Source of the DNA: an uncultured Collinsella sp. | GTDB taxonomy: Bacteria > Actinomycetota > Coriobacteriia > Coriobacteriales > Coriobacteriaceae | Reading direction: 5' to 3' | Length of the DNA stretch: 64,000 nt | Assembly: GCA_900757205.1 (NCBI GenBank) | Contig: CAAENA010000090.1 | Coordinates: forward strand, 1,708-65,707 | Shown here: positions 55,479-64,000 of the stretch, one piece after another | Layout of the letters: the number at the start of each line of letters is the position of its first letter | Position numbering within the stretch: the stretch's first letter is position 1 | Translations under genes and position numbers: made by a program | Notes under the pieces: generated by a model | Databases searched by the model: none | The model's input: the letters and a program-made list of their open reading frames with translations, nothing else | Told to the model about the DNA's origin: nothing

Positions 55479-56642
55479 ATGCGCAAGATCAAGACCATCG
55501 ACGACATCACCAAAGACGGCGAAGTCGAGTTTGGCGAGGGCTACGAGTTTGTGAGCACCGCCGAGGAGGCCGACGCCATCCTGATGCGTTCCACCGACCT
55601 GCACGGCTACGAGCTGCCCGAGGGCATCCGCGCCATCGCCCGCTGCGGCGCCGGCGTCAACAACATCCCCGTCGAGGAGTACGCCAAGAAGGGCGTCGTC
55701 GTCTTTAACTCCCCCGGCGCCAACAGCAACGCCGTCAAGGAGCTCGTCCTGGGCATGCTGGTGCTTTCGAGCCGCGGCGTCGTGCAGTCGATGAACTGGG
55801 TGCGCAACAACGCCGACGACCCCGAGATTCAGGTCGATGCCGAAAAGGCCAAGAAGGCCTTTGTGGGCCGCGAGCTCAAGGGCAAGCGCATCGGCGTCAT
55901 CGGCCTGGGCAACGTGGGCTCCAAGGTCGCCAACGCCTGCGTCGACCTGGGTATGGACGTCTACGGCTACGATCCGTTCATTTCCGTCGAGCACGCGTGG
56001 GTGCTGAGCCGCGAGGTGCAGCGCGTGGGCACGCTCGAGGATCTGTGCCGCGGCTGCGACTACCTCACCGTGCACGTGCCCAGCAAGGCAGACACCATCG
56101 GCATGATCAGCACCGAGCAGATCGACCTGCTGGCGCCCGACGCCGTGCTCATCAACTACGCGCGCGAAACCATCATTGACGAGGACGCCGTCGACGCTGC
56201 CCTGCGCGAGGGCAAGCTCAGCTGGTTTAGCTGCGACTTTGCCACGCCCAAGACCGTCAAGATGCCCAACACGTTTATCACCACGCATTCGGGCGCCGGC
56301 ACCGGCGAGGCCGAGGCCAACTGCGCCGACATGGCCATCAGCGAGCTCAAGGATTACCTGGAAAACGGCAACATCGCGCACAGCGTCAACTACCCCGCCT
56401 GCAGCATGGGCAAGGCGCGCGCCGCAAGCCGCATTGCCTGCCTGCATGCCAACGTGCCCAACATGATCGGCCAGATCACGGCCATTCTCGCCAAGGACAA
56501 CGCCAACGTGCAGCGCATGACCAACGAGTCCGCTGGCGAGAACGCCTACACCATGTTCGACACCGATGAGCACCTGGACGGCAGCACGATCGAGGCGCTC
56601 AAGCAGATTCCGTCGATGTATCGCGTGCGCGTGATTAAATAG
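55479..56642 (+). CDS. serA: D-3-phosphoglycerate dehydrogenase with ACT domain
   Basis: ARCGAGVNNIP, GVIGLGNVG and a C-terminal ACT domain (HANVPNMIGQI); follows serC. Confidence 0.9.
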   Translation: MRKIKTIDDITKDGEVEFGEGYEFVSTAEEADAILMRSTDLHGYELPEGIRAIARCGAGVNNIPVEEYAKKGVVVFNSPGANSNAVKELVLGMLVLSSRGVVQSMNWVRNNADDPEIQVDAEKAKKAFVGRELKGKRIGVIGLGNVGSKVANACVDLGMDVYGYDPFISVEHAWVLSREVQRVGTLEDLCRGCDYLTVHVPSKADTIGMISTEQIDLLAPDAVLINYARETIIDEDAVDAALREGKLSWFSCDFATPKTVKMPNTFITTHSGAGTGEAEANCADMAISELKDYLENGNIAHSVNYPACSMGKARAASRIACLHANVPNMIGQITAILAKDNANVQRMTNESAGENAYTMFDTDEHLDGSTIEALKQIPSMYRVRVIK

Positions 56643-56681
56643 CGCCGGCGCCAATCCTGCCAGACAGACCACGAAGCCCAT

Positions 56682-56716
56682 TCGGCCCCCGTTTTCACGA
56701 AACGGGGGCCGATTTT
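56682..56716 (+). terminator. serCA terminator
   Basis: TCGGCCCCCGTTT..AAACGGGGGCCGA followed by TTTT. Confidence 0.8.
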
Positions 56717-56732
56717 GTTGCTCCGGACGACT

Positions 56733-56914
56733 TTAAAATGATACCCAGAACAAGTTTTTTCAGATAATCGATAGTGAGGCTCCAGTCGCTAAGCACACCC
56801 GCTTTGATAAACAGCTTTATCAGGGACTTTATTAGGTAAAAATCGGTCTCTATGTGCCGAATGTAAGTTGACTGTCCATTTTCCGAAACAACTTATTCTA
56901 GGTAGCATTTTTAA
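56733..56914. repeat. ~180 bp imperfect long inverted repeat
   Basis: AAAATGATACCCAGAACAAGTT..TTTCAGATAA pairs imperfectly with TTTTCCGAAACAACTTATTCTAGGTAGCATTTT. Confidence 0.7.
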
Positions 56915-56988
56915 GGCCCTTCCAAGGCAAAATATAAGTATTTTGCGACCAAAACTCTAGTCCGCGCGACCATTTTCCGCCCGCGCGG

Positions 56989-58038
56989 CTACATTCCCGC
57001 CCAATCGATAAAAATCTCCTCACGAAGCCGCCGTTCGAGCTCCTGCTGTCGCGGCGTCTTGTCTTTCAGCGGCACATCGAGATAGGACATGATGAGCTCC
57101 ATCACCACGCGGAAGGCATCGGAGTCGGCCAGCTGGCCATAGGTCATCAGAACGACGGGATATCCCATCGCTTGCAAGGCCGTCGTTCGATCGGAGTCCG
57201 AGATCTTGGATTCAATGGATCCGTGAATGGCTTTACCTTGGCATTCAACCAGACACTCTCGACTGCCGTCCTTATTTGCCAGCAGGATATCGGCATAGCG
57301 CCTATCAAGCCCCGAAATCAGGCGGGCGCTGCGCGTCATACGAATCTCAACGTTATTGGTAAGGCTCAGCCCTTCGCCGCCGCGCAACCTCGTAAGGCCA
57401 AACAGCATCGAAGCCTGGACCTCGAGCGGCGATGCCGCCACCCCCATGATGCATTTCGCGGCACGCGTGAACGATTTAGCGCCGCGGAGCCCCGGGATCT
57501 TATCGACGTACTCGATAAGTTCAGAGAGCTCAATCAAGGGAGGTCGTTTCCACAAGTCCGTTGGATTCCCCGAGGTATCCTTTACGTTTTCCCAGCCCAG
57601 CCGTGCGTCGCCCCACCGGCTCCCATACGCCTGCTCAAGTGCCGACTTTACCTGAGGCGCAATCTTGCACACGGCAAAGGTGCCGCACATCTCATACATG
57701 CACATGATCAGACGCTCGTTTGAAACCGAGGAAGCCAGGGTCAGCAGGGTAAAGAGTGGGGACGCGACATCGAGGCCAAACTCTGTCTGCCGCACGGAAT
57801 CAAACGGCCTCTCCCCGTTCCAAACATGTCTGACAATGCGATCGCCCTTGCGCCCGCAGACGCCCTGCGCCAACACGTGTAACGGGGCGCCCAGGAAATG
57901 CTTGACGAGCGGGTGCTCACAAAGATGCTCCCTGCGCGGATCGTCCACAGAATCGGGCAGATCCGGCATTACCGCCAAGACCTGTGGGGGTATCCGGTGA
58001 TACCGAAAGGCAGATATGTCGCACAGCATGTCGTCCAT
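56989..58038 (-). CDS. Hypothetical protein with a C-terminal Vsr/DUF559-like nuclease-fold domain
   Basis: ASPLEVQ, RYADIL, LVECQGKAIH and DSDRTTALQAMGYPV follow the AbiEi-like + DUF559 pattern. Start uncertain. Confidence 0.65.
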   Translation of the reverse strand: MDDMLCDISAFRYHRIPPQVLAVMPDLPDSVDDPRREHLCEHPLVKHFLGAPLHVLAQGVCGRKGDRIVRHVWNGERPFDSVRQTEFGLDVASPLFTLLTLASSVSNERLIMCMYEMCGTFAVCKIAPQVKSALEQAYGSRWGDARLGWENVKDTSGNPTDLWKRPPLIELSELIEYVDKIPGLRGAKSFTRAAKCIMGVAASPLEVQASMLFGLTRLRGGEGLSLTNNVEIRMTRSARLISGLDRRYADILLANKDGSRECLVECQGKAIHGSIESKISDSDRTTALQAMGYPVVLMTYGQLADSDAFRVVMELIMSYLDVPLKDKTPRQQELERRLREEIFIDWAGM

Positions 58039-58192
58039 GAAGGGTACGTACCCACTGCGTCGTTTGCAAACCCGCCTGGACGGCAAACGCGATGGCTCGG
58101 CCTGCGAACTGTAAATACTGTTGCGCGAACATCGCGGATCTCTCAGGAGGCTTACAATCGGTTTGGTAAGCAGACTGATTGTGAGGTTGCAT

Positions 58193-59413
58193 ATGGTTGA
58201 TGAGGACTTTGCCTGGCGGCTTGCGCAGGACCTTGTGAAGATTGACAGCTCGGATCCGGGCGCATATGAGGACGAGATTGAGCGCTATATCAAAGCGTTG
58301 GTTGAGGAACGGTTGGCGCAGTTGAGCCATCCGGTGCTCCATGCCGTGCAGGTTGAGGAACTCGAGGTGCTGCCCGGGCGCCGCAACCTTATGGTCACCG
58401 TGCCGGGACTGAGCGACGAGCCACGGCTCGTCTATATCTGCCATATGGATACCGTTACGCTGGGCGATGGCTGGGACGCGGACATTCCGCCGCTCGGGAC
58501 GGTTGTGCGTAACGACAAACTCTATGGCCGTGGCGCCTGCGACATGAAGGGTGGCCTGGCCTGCGCCATTGCCGCACTGGTCCATACGCTCGAGCGCGTG
58601 GTGGCGGATGGCGCGCTGCCCCGCCGCGGCTTTTCGCTCATCTGCTCGGTCGACGAGGAAGATTTTATGCGCGGCTCAGAGGCCGCGATCGATGCTGGCT
58701 GGGTCGGCTCGCGTGAATGGGTGCTGGACACCGAGCCCACCGACGGACAGATCCAGGTGGCGCACAAGGGGCGTACGTGGTTCGAGATTGAAATGGCTGG
58801 CGTGACGGCGCATGCGAGCCAGCCTTGGAAGGGCGCGGATGCCGTCGCCGCCATGGCCGAGGTCGTGTGTTCGCTTCGTCGCGCGTTTGCGGCGCTGCCC
58901 GCGCACGATGAGCTGGGGCCTTCGACCATCACGTTTGGCCAAATCGAGGGCGGATATCGCCCCTACGTCGTACCCGACCACGCCAAAGTCTGGGTCGACA
59001 TGCGCCTGACCCCGCCGACTGATACGGCCGCCGCGACGCGCATGGTAGAGCAGGCCATCGCCGTCGCCGAGATTGCGGTTCCCGGTTGCCACGGCAACTA
59101 CGTCGTGACGGGCGATCGCCCCGCCATCGAGCGCGACCCAAACGCTCCCCTTCTGGCAGCGCTCAAGCGTGCCGCCGACAACGCGACGGACGCGGACACG
59201 ACTGTCGGCTTCTTTACCGGCTACACCGATACCGCCGTCATTGCCGGCAAGGCGGGTAACCGCAATTGCATGAGCTACGGCCCCGGCTCGTTGGCGCTCG
59301 CGCACAAGCCCAACGAATATGTGCCCCACGCCGATATCGTTCGCTGCCAGAACGTGCTCATCGCGCTTGCCGATAACACGCTCTGGGGCGCAAGCGGCCA
59401 AGTTGGGGCATAA
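58193..59413 (+). CDS. M20 family metallopeptidase/deacylase (ArgE/DapE-like)
   Basis: CHMDTV, LYGRGACDMKGG, VDEE and AHKPNEYV. Confidence 0.9.
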   Translation: MVDEDFAWRLAQDLVKIDSSDPGAYEDEIERYIKALVEERLAQLSHPVLHAVQVEELEVLPGRRNLMVTVPGLSDEPRLVYICHMDTVTLGDGWDADIPPLGTVVRNDKLYGRGACDMKGGLACAIAALVHTLERVVADGALPRRGFSLICSVDEEDFMRGSEAAIDAGWVGSREWVLDTEPTDGQIQVAHKGRTWFEIEMAGVTAHASQPWKGADAVAAMAEVVCSLRRAFAALPAHDELGPSTITFGQIEGGYRPYVVPDHAKVWVDMRLTPPTDTAAATRMVEQAIAVAEIAVPGCHGNYVVTGDRPAIERDPNAPLLAALKRAADNATDADTTVGFFTGYTDTAVIAGKAGNRNCMSYGPGSLALAHKPNEYVPHADIVRCQNVLIALADNTLWGASGQVGA

Positions 59414-59452
59414 TAAGCCGCGAACAAACCGACTCGCGCGTTAGGACCGCCC

Positions 59453-60130
59453 ATGAAAGCACTTCCGTTTCCCTGTATTCGTCCAGCTCAGGATCGCGTG
59501 CTCGAGGCACTGCCTGCAATGGGCAGCATACTGAGCGGCAACGATGCTCTGCGCGGAGCCATTGCCGATGGCCTGATGCTCAAGGACCCAGGTGCGGCGT
59601 ATTACGTGTACGAATGCTCGGGCGAGCCGGGACGCGTGACGGGCGTTGTGGCGATCTGCCCGGTTGGCGCGCTGGCGGGCGACGACGCAGTTGCCGCCGA
59701 TGCGACCGCCGCCGCGCGCGCGATCGCCGAGCTCAAGGTGCAGCCGCGCCCCGTGTCGCTCGCCTACGAAGCCTCGCCCGTCATGGACATCATCCTAGGC
59801 GCTGCCAAAGAGGGCGCCTCGCTCTACGCCGTCACCGATCCCGCGGGCATTACGCACCGTGTGTGGGAGGTCAAACGCGAGGACGCCGTCGCCGCCATCC
59901 GAGCCATGCTCGATCAGGCACCGGAACCGACGCCGGCTGATGCCGCCTACGCCGCCGCGCTGGCAGGTGCGGCACAGCTCCTGGCCGACGATGCCCGCGC
60001 AGCCGGCACCTACACGGGCAAAGAGCCGTTCAACTTCGCCATTGCCGTGCTCTTCCCCGCCGCGCAGGTCAGCGGCGCCGCGCCGCAGGTTCCGACGGGT
60101 CTGCTCACGCACCAGGTCGCGCGGTTCTAG
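59453..60130 (+). CDS. DUF1015-like protein (short)
   Basis: PFPCIRP N-terminus, DPGAAYYVYE, HRVWEV and C-terminal PTGLLTH. Close to serC-serA, the usual context for DUF1015. Confidence 0.6.
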   Translation: MKALPFPCIRPAQDRVLEALPAMGSILSGNDALRGAIADGLMLKDPGAAYYVYECSGEPGRVTGVVAICPVGALAGDDAVAADATAAARAIAELKVQPRPVSLAYEASPVMDIILGAAKEGASLYAVTDPAGITHRVWEVKREDAVAAIRAMLDQAPEPTPADAAYAAALAGAAQLLADDARAAGTYTGKEPFNFAIAVLFPAAQVSGAAPQVPTGLLTHQVARF

Positions 60131-60174
60131 CAAGACCAGACCGCCCAGCACAAAAATCGGCAGCTCAACAAACA

Positions 60175-60216
60175 GGGGGCGGAGATGCAGCAGGTACATG
60201 CATCTCCGCCCCTTTT
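60175..60216. terminator. Hairpin between convergent genes
   Basis: GGGGCGGAGATGCA...TGCATCTCCGCCCC followed by TTTT. Confidence 0.75.
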
Positions 60217-60258
60217 GCGTCGAGAAGTTAGCCGGCGACCCGTGCCGCCGCGCTCGCG

Positions 60259-60894
60259 TTATCCGCGCTGCGGGCCTGCTGCCGCCACGAGCGGCTCAAG
60301 CCCCAGCTCGTGCGCGTAGTCTTCCTGCGTAAAGATCTCAACCAGTTCAAACGTATCGGCCGCGTCATCAAACGCAAAGTGCAGCACCGAGCAGTTGCCC
60401 GGCACGCGCTCGCGCTCGTCGGCCGCCGCACCCTTCACGTGGTCCATAAACTCCTTAATGGCCGAGCCATGGCTTACCGCGAGCACGCACGCATGGTCCG
60501 GACGCTGCATAAGCTCGGTCAGCGTCGCCACCATGCGCTCGCGCACCTGCATCTGGCCCTCGCCGCCAAATTGACGATAGAAATCGCGCCACGGACGCTC
60601 GGGCATCAGCATCACGCGCTCGGCCTCAAAGTCGCCAAAGAACCACTCGCGCAGGCCATCCAGACGCTCATAGGCAAGGCCCGGCCACAGGTTAGCGATA
60701 GTCTGCTCGGTGCGATGAAGCGTGGAGATGTAGGCATGATCGGGCTCAATGCCGCGTGCGCGCAAAAACATGCCGGCACGCGCCGCCTGATCGCAACCCA
60801 GCTGCGTGAGCGGCGAGTCACTCCAACCCTGAATGATGCGCTTAAGGTTGAATATTGTCTGCCCATGACGAACCAGATACAGGTCTTTATTCAT
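60259..60894 (-). CDS. Histidine phosphatase family protein
   Basis: LYLVRHGQT, QGWSDSPLT and VSHG. Confidence 0.9.
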   Translation of the reverse strand: MNKDLYLVRHGQTIFNLKRIIQGWSDSPLTQLGCDQAARAGMFLRARGIEPDHAYISTLHRTEQTIANLWPGLAYERLDGLREWFFGDFEAERVMLMPERPWRDFYRQFGGEGQMQVRERMVATLTELMQRPDHACVLAVSHGSAIKEFMDHVKGAAADERERVPGNCSVLHFAFDDAADTFELVEIFTQEDYAHELGLEPLVAAAGPQRG

Positions 60895-60912
60895 AGGGGG
60901 TCCTTTCGTTTG

Positions 60913-61455
60913 CTACCAACCCAAGAGCGAAAACGCCCCGTCGAAATAGCCAAAATGAAGCACGGCACAGTTGTCGGGCAGTTCTCCCCCGCCAGTCACG
61001 TACTCAAGAAACTCCTGGCAAGCTGAGCCGTGGGAAACCGCCAGAACGCAGTCGTGCCGCGGCCTGGCCATGATGCGGGACAGCGCCGCGACCATGCGCG
61101 ACTGAAGCTCGCCTTCCGACTCGCCGCCAAAGGCCACCGGGTAATCGCCCCAGGGCTGCGGCGGCATCTCGCGATTTGATGTGCCCTCCAGCGAGCCAAA
61201 ATGCCACTCACGCAGGTCATCGACCAGCTCAATGGAACGGCCCTCGCCAACGATAAGCTCGGCCGTATGCCGCGCCCGGCCCAACGGCGAGGAATACACA
61301 TGATCAAAGGCCACGCCACGCGCCGCAAACGCCGTACGCGCCGTCAGCGCCTGCTCGCGCCCGCGCGCCGTAAGCGGCGAATCGTGCCAGCCCTGCAAAA
61401 TGCTCTGCACATTGAGCTCAGTCTGCCCATGCCGCACCAAATACAGATCTGCCAC
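60913..61455 (-). CDS. Histidine phosphatase family protein (tandem paralogue)
   Basis: LYLVRHGQT, QGWHDSPLT, YSSPLGRA and VSHG. GGGAGG RBS before GTG 61455. Confidence 0.9.
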   Translation of the reverse strand: MADLYLVRHGQTELNVQSILQGWHDSPLTARGREQALTARTAFAARGVAFDHVYSSPLGRARHTAELIVGEGRSIELVDDLREWHFGSLEGTSNREMPPQPWGDYPVAFGGESEGELQSRMVAALSRIMARPRHDCVLAVSHGSACQEFLEYVTGGGELPDNCAVLHFGYFDGAFSLLGW

Positions 61456-61470
61456 ACACCCTCCCCTCGT

Positions 61471-61503
61471 ACCACCACAAAGGGGACAGGAGCCTTTGTG
61501 GTG
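61471..61503. repeat. REP-like palindrome, family A copy 7
   Basis: ACCACCACAAAGG-GGACAGGAG-CCTTTGTGGTG. Confidence 0.85.
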
Positions 61504-61538
61504 ATTGTGCCGCCGGATTGCACCGCAACGACGCACAA

Positions 61539-62210
61539 CTACAGCAGCACGTCGGCAAGCGGACGCTTGGGTACGTGGTGCACCCGCGCCTCGTCGCGCC
61601 AATAATTGATGGAGCCGTCGGGGTTGGAATCGATCGCATCGATCACCTGTGTCTCGGCCGGAACGCCAAACGCCATGATCAGCTTGAGCTCATACTTGTC
61701 GTTATCGAGCCCCATGGCATCGATCGCGTGGGGCGTAAAGGCCTTGAACATGCAGGCTGCCACCTCGGGCGTGGCGCTGCGGGCGGCGAGCATCATCGTC
61801 TGCGCGGCAATGCCCGTGTCGACATCGGTAATGGGAGCGGCGGGCTTGCCCGGAACGGCGCGCTCAGCAAGAATCGCGATGTAGCCGGTCGGGCGCTCGC
61901 CCTCATCGGGACCCGGCCAATCCTTAAGCGCACCGGCCCATGCAAGCTCGTCAAATACACGCGCGCAGTCCTCTGCACCGCTTACCACATGAAAACGCAG
62001 ACGCTGAGCATTGGCGCCGCAGGGAGCCAGGTGCGCCAGTTCCGCCAGCTCGAGCAAAAACTCGCGCGGCACGCGCATGGACTCGTCAAAGCGACGGCAC
62101 GTACGGGCGCGGCGAACCAACGCATCGAACGCGTCCAAGCCGAGCTTTTCGCAACCCTGCTTTGCCATCGACTCGGCGCTTACCGGCGCCGCGGGAACTG
62201 CTTCGTTCAT
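61539..62210 (-). CDS. Nitroreductase family protein
   Basis: RTCRRFD, LAPCGANAQRL, DTGIAAQTMMLAA and HHVPKRPL. Start uncertain. Confidence 0.85.
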   Translation of the reverse strand: MNEAVPAAPVSAESMAKQGCEKLGLDAFDALVRRARTCRRFDESMRVPREFLLELAELAHLAPCGANAQRLRFHVVSGAEDCARVFDELAWAGALKDWPGPDEGERPTGYIAILAERAVPGKPAAPITDVDTGIAAQTMMLAARSATPEVAACMFKAFTPHAIDAMGLDNDKYELKLIMAFGVPAETQVIDAIDSNPDGSINYWRDEARVHHVPKRPLADVLL

Positions 62211-62445
62211 AGGAACCCCCAATACAAGCCAATTGTCCTTAGGAAAATCTAACCTAAAACGTAGGCAATAACGAACAGGGCTGCAATGTTCTACACCTGT
62301 TGAATAGAAAATCGCGACGTGGGGAACAACGGAAACAATTCGGGACCTTTGGGTTACGTTTCGCCCTCCCCGACCCATACGCCAGCGCCTTTAGGCGATA
62401 CTGGTTGTAACGATCAAGGCTTACGCCGCACGGAAAGGAGACATT

Positions 62446-63048
62446 ATGGGCATCTTTAAGAACGATGACCAAAAATCGAGCCAGTTTGGATTTGACGAGA
62501 AAAGCATGGCGGGCAAAGCCGTCAAGGCCGTACGCTGGATCTACGCCATTACGGGCGTCTTAGCGCTCATTGCTGGTATCGCGCTGCTTTTTGCACCCGC
62601 CAAGTCCCTCGTCTTTTTGACGACCGTCCTGGGCTTCTACTTTGTGATTACGGCAGCCATCAGGCTGTTCACTGCCATTTTTGAGCCACTGCTGCCCACC
62701 GGCTGGCGCGTGACGAGCATCATCTCTAACCTACTCATTATCTTGGGCGGCGTCATAATCCTGCGCAACCAAGCCTTCTCGACCGCGACGCTCACCACGA
62801 TGGTGGTTATCGTGGCCGGCTTTGGCTGGATTGTCGAAGGTGTCATGTCCATTCTGGAGTCCGAGCTTTCGTCCAACCGTGCCCTCGCCATCCTGAGCGG
62901 TGCACTTTCCATCATCGCCGGCATGTTCGTGTTTATCTATCCGCTGTGGTCGGCCAAGATGCTCGTCATCTTTAGCGGCGCCGCGCTGCTGGTGTTTGGC
63001 GTAACGCTGATTGTTCGCGCTATTCAATTTGGCAAACTGGTGCACTAG
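62446..63048 (+). CDS. HdeD/DUF308 family membrane protein
   Basis: Six hydrophobic segments with repeated G.L.II.G patterns. AAGGAG RBS. Confidence 0.75.
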   Translation: MGIFKNDDQKSSQFGFDEKSMAGKAVKAVRWIYAITGVLALIAGIALLFAPAKSLVFLTTVLGFYFVITAAIRLFTAIFEPLLPTGWRVTSIISNLLIILGGVIILRNQAFSTATLTTMVVIVAGFGWIVEGVMSILESELSSNRALAILSGALSIIAGMFVFIYPLWSAKMLVIFSGAALLVFGVTLIVRAIQFGKLVH

Positions 63049-63531
63049 ATGCCACGAACGCTCTTTATTGATGCCGACGCCTGCCCGGTCACGCGCGAGT
63101 CGATTGACTGCGCGCGGCGGGCGGGCGTCGCCGTTGTTATCGCCGGCAACAGCACACAAAACCTGGAACGGCACATTCGCCGCGACGACCCGCGCGATGC
63201 CGAGCACGCGCGACGCGGCTTTTGGGTCACGACGCTCGATGTGAGCGTGGGCGCCGACAGCGCCGACTTTGCCATTGTCGAACGCCTGCAGGTGGGCGAC
63301 GTGGTCGTGACGCAGGACATTGGCTTGGCGAGCATGGTGCTCGGGCGCGATGCCGCCGCCATCGGTGTGCGCGGGCGCGTGTACGACAAGGCGACTATCG
63401 ACATGCAGCTGTTTATTCGCCACGAGGAAAAGAAGGTGCGTCGCGCCGGCGGTCGCACCCGCGGGCCGGCAGCATTTACCAGCGAAGATCGCGCCCGCTT
63501 TAAACGCAACCTCATCGAGCTGCTGCACTAA
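63049..63531 (+). CDS. YaiI/YqxD (DUF188) family protein
   Basis: IDADACPV, GADSADFAI and DVVVTQDIGLASMVL. Confidence 0.9.
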   Translation: MPRTLFIDADACPVTRESIDCARRAGVAVVIAGNSTQNLERHIRRDDPRDAEHARRGFWVTTLDVSVGADSADFAIVERLQVGDVVVTQDIGLASMVLGRDAAAIGVRGRVYDKATIDMQLFIRHEEKKVRRAGGRTRGPAAFTSEDRARFKRNLIELLH

Positions 63532-63612
63532 CCAAGGTAGATTTTTGGGACATGTCCGGAAATCTGCTTTTTTGCTTTGGGCGGTGTGAGCGCTCAAAAT
63601 CCATGGCTCAAC

Positions 63613-63688
63613 AAAAAACGGGCTTCAAAATGCCATGCGCCGCCGCATTGTGCAGGCGCCGAGCATGGCTATTTTGAAGCCCGTTTTT
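63613..63688. terminator. Long hairpin between convergent genes
   Basis: AAAAACGGGCTTCAAAAT-GCCATGC...GCATGGCTATTTTGAAGCCCGTTTTT. Confidence 0.7.
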
Positions 63689-63696
63689 AGGCCCAC

Positions 63697-64000
63697 TTAG
63701 AGGCCGAAGGCGGATAGGATGAGGCCCCAGCCGGCGCCGATGACGTACATCATGACCAGGAACACGGCGTTTTCACGAGCGCTGCGGTTGGTGCGGAACA
63801 ACACCAGGTAGCCCACACCGGCAGAGATGAGCGTGCCGGCGAGCATCGGGGCCAGCTGCAGCGCGCCTTCCAGGTACAGTTGCGTGATGACGACGCTGGC
63901 CGAGCAGTTGGGAATCAGGCCGACAAGCGCCGAACCCAGGACGGCGAGCGTCTCGTTGCCACGCAGGAACTGCTCGATCGCGGGCTCGCCGAAGGTCTCG
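63697..64000 (-). CDS. Putative manganese transporter/permease (DUF2899-like), C-terminal part, truncated by window edge
   Basis: Minus strand reads ...ALVGLIPNCSASVVITQLYLEG...AGVGYLVLFRTN...LSAFGL*. Confidence 0.75.
   Translation of the reverse strand, partial: ETFGEPAIEQFLRGNETLAVLGSALVGLIPNCSASVVITQLYLEGALQLAPMLAGTLISAGVGYLVLFRTNRSARENAVFLVMMYVIGAGWGLILSAFGL

Noticed and set aside
60259..61455. Tandem histidine phosphatase paralogues near serC/serA as possible phosphoserine phosphatases
   Set aside because: Plausible, but substrate cannot be inferred from the sequence and tandem paralogues are common.
4129..63597. Many long antisense or alternate-frame ORFs (e.g. 4129-5367, 12553-13734, 28999-30639, 55452-56681)
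   Set aside because: Shadow ORFs expected opposite GC3-biased genes; they overlap well-supported CDSs and have no motifs.

Overview
GC-rich actinobacterial chromosome segment. Gene content and repeats suggest Coriobacteriia, probably Collinsella-like (inference). Most of the window is housekeeping: rho, argS, trpS, carD, proA/proB, pncB, pckA, serC/serA, three tRNAs and a 6S-like RNA. An ~18 kb accessory defence island (~36.0-54.2 kb, between a K+/H+ antiporter gene and serC) carries a type 1 BREX system on the minus strand (brxA-brxB-brxC-pglX-pglZ-brxL). The island has three notable features. (1) pglX is split into two genes, each with an RBS-like site, and an AT-rich cassette (target-recognition region plus an unknown membrane-protein gene) lies between the conserved parts. 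(2) A G10 tract at the start of brxA puts the best start codon out of frame, a candidate phase-variation switch. (3) A DUF3800 gene is surrounded by three copies of a ~55-60 nt two-hairpin RNA unit, each with its own TGnTATAAA promoter-like box and terminator, plus a possible remnant of a second DUF3800 gene. This is a candidate RNA-protein toxin-antitoxin/defence module. The window also has a candidate sRNA with an anti-SD loop and several families of intergenic palindromes. All protein family calls come from motif recognition by eye; no database search was run.
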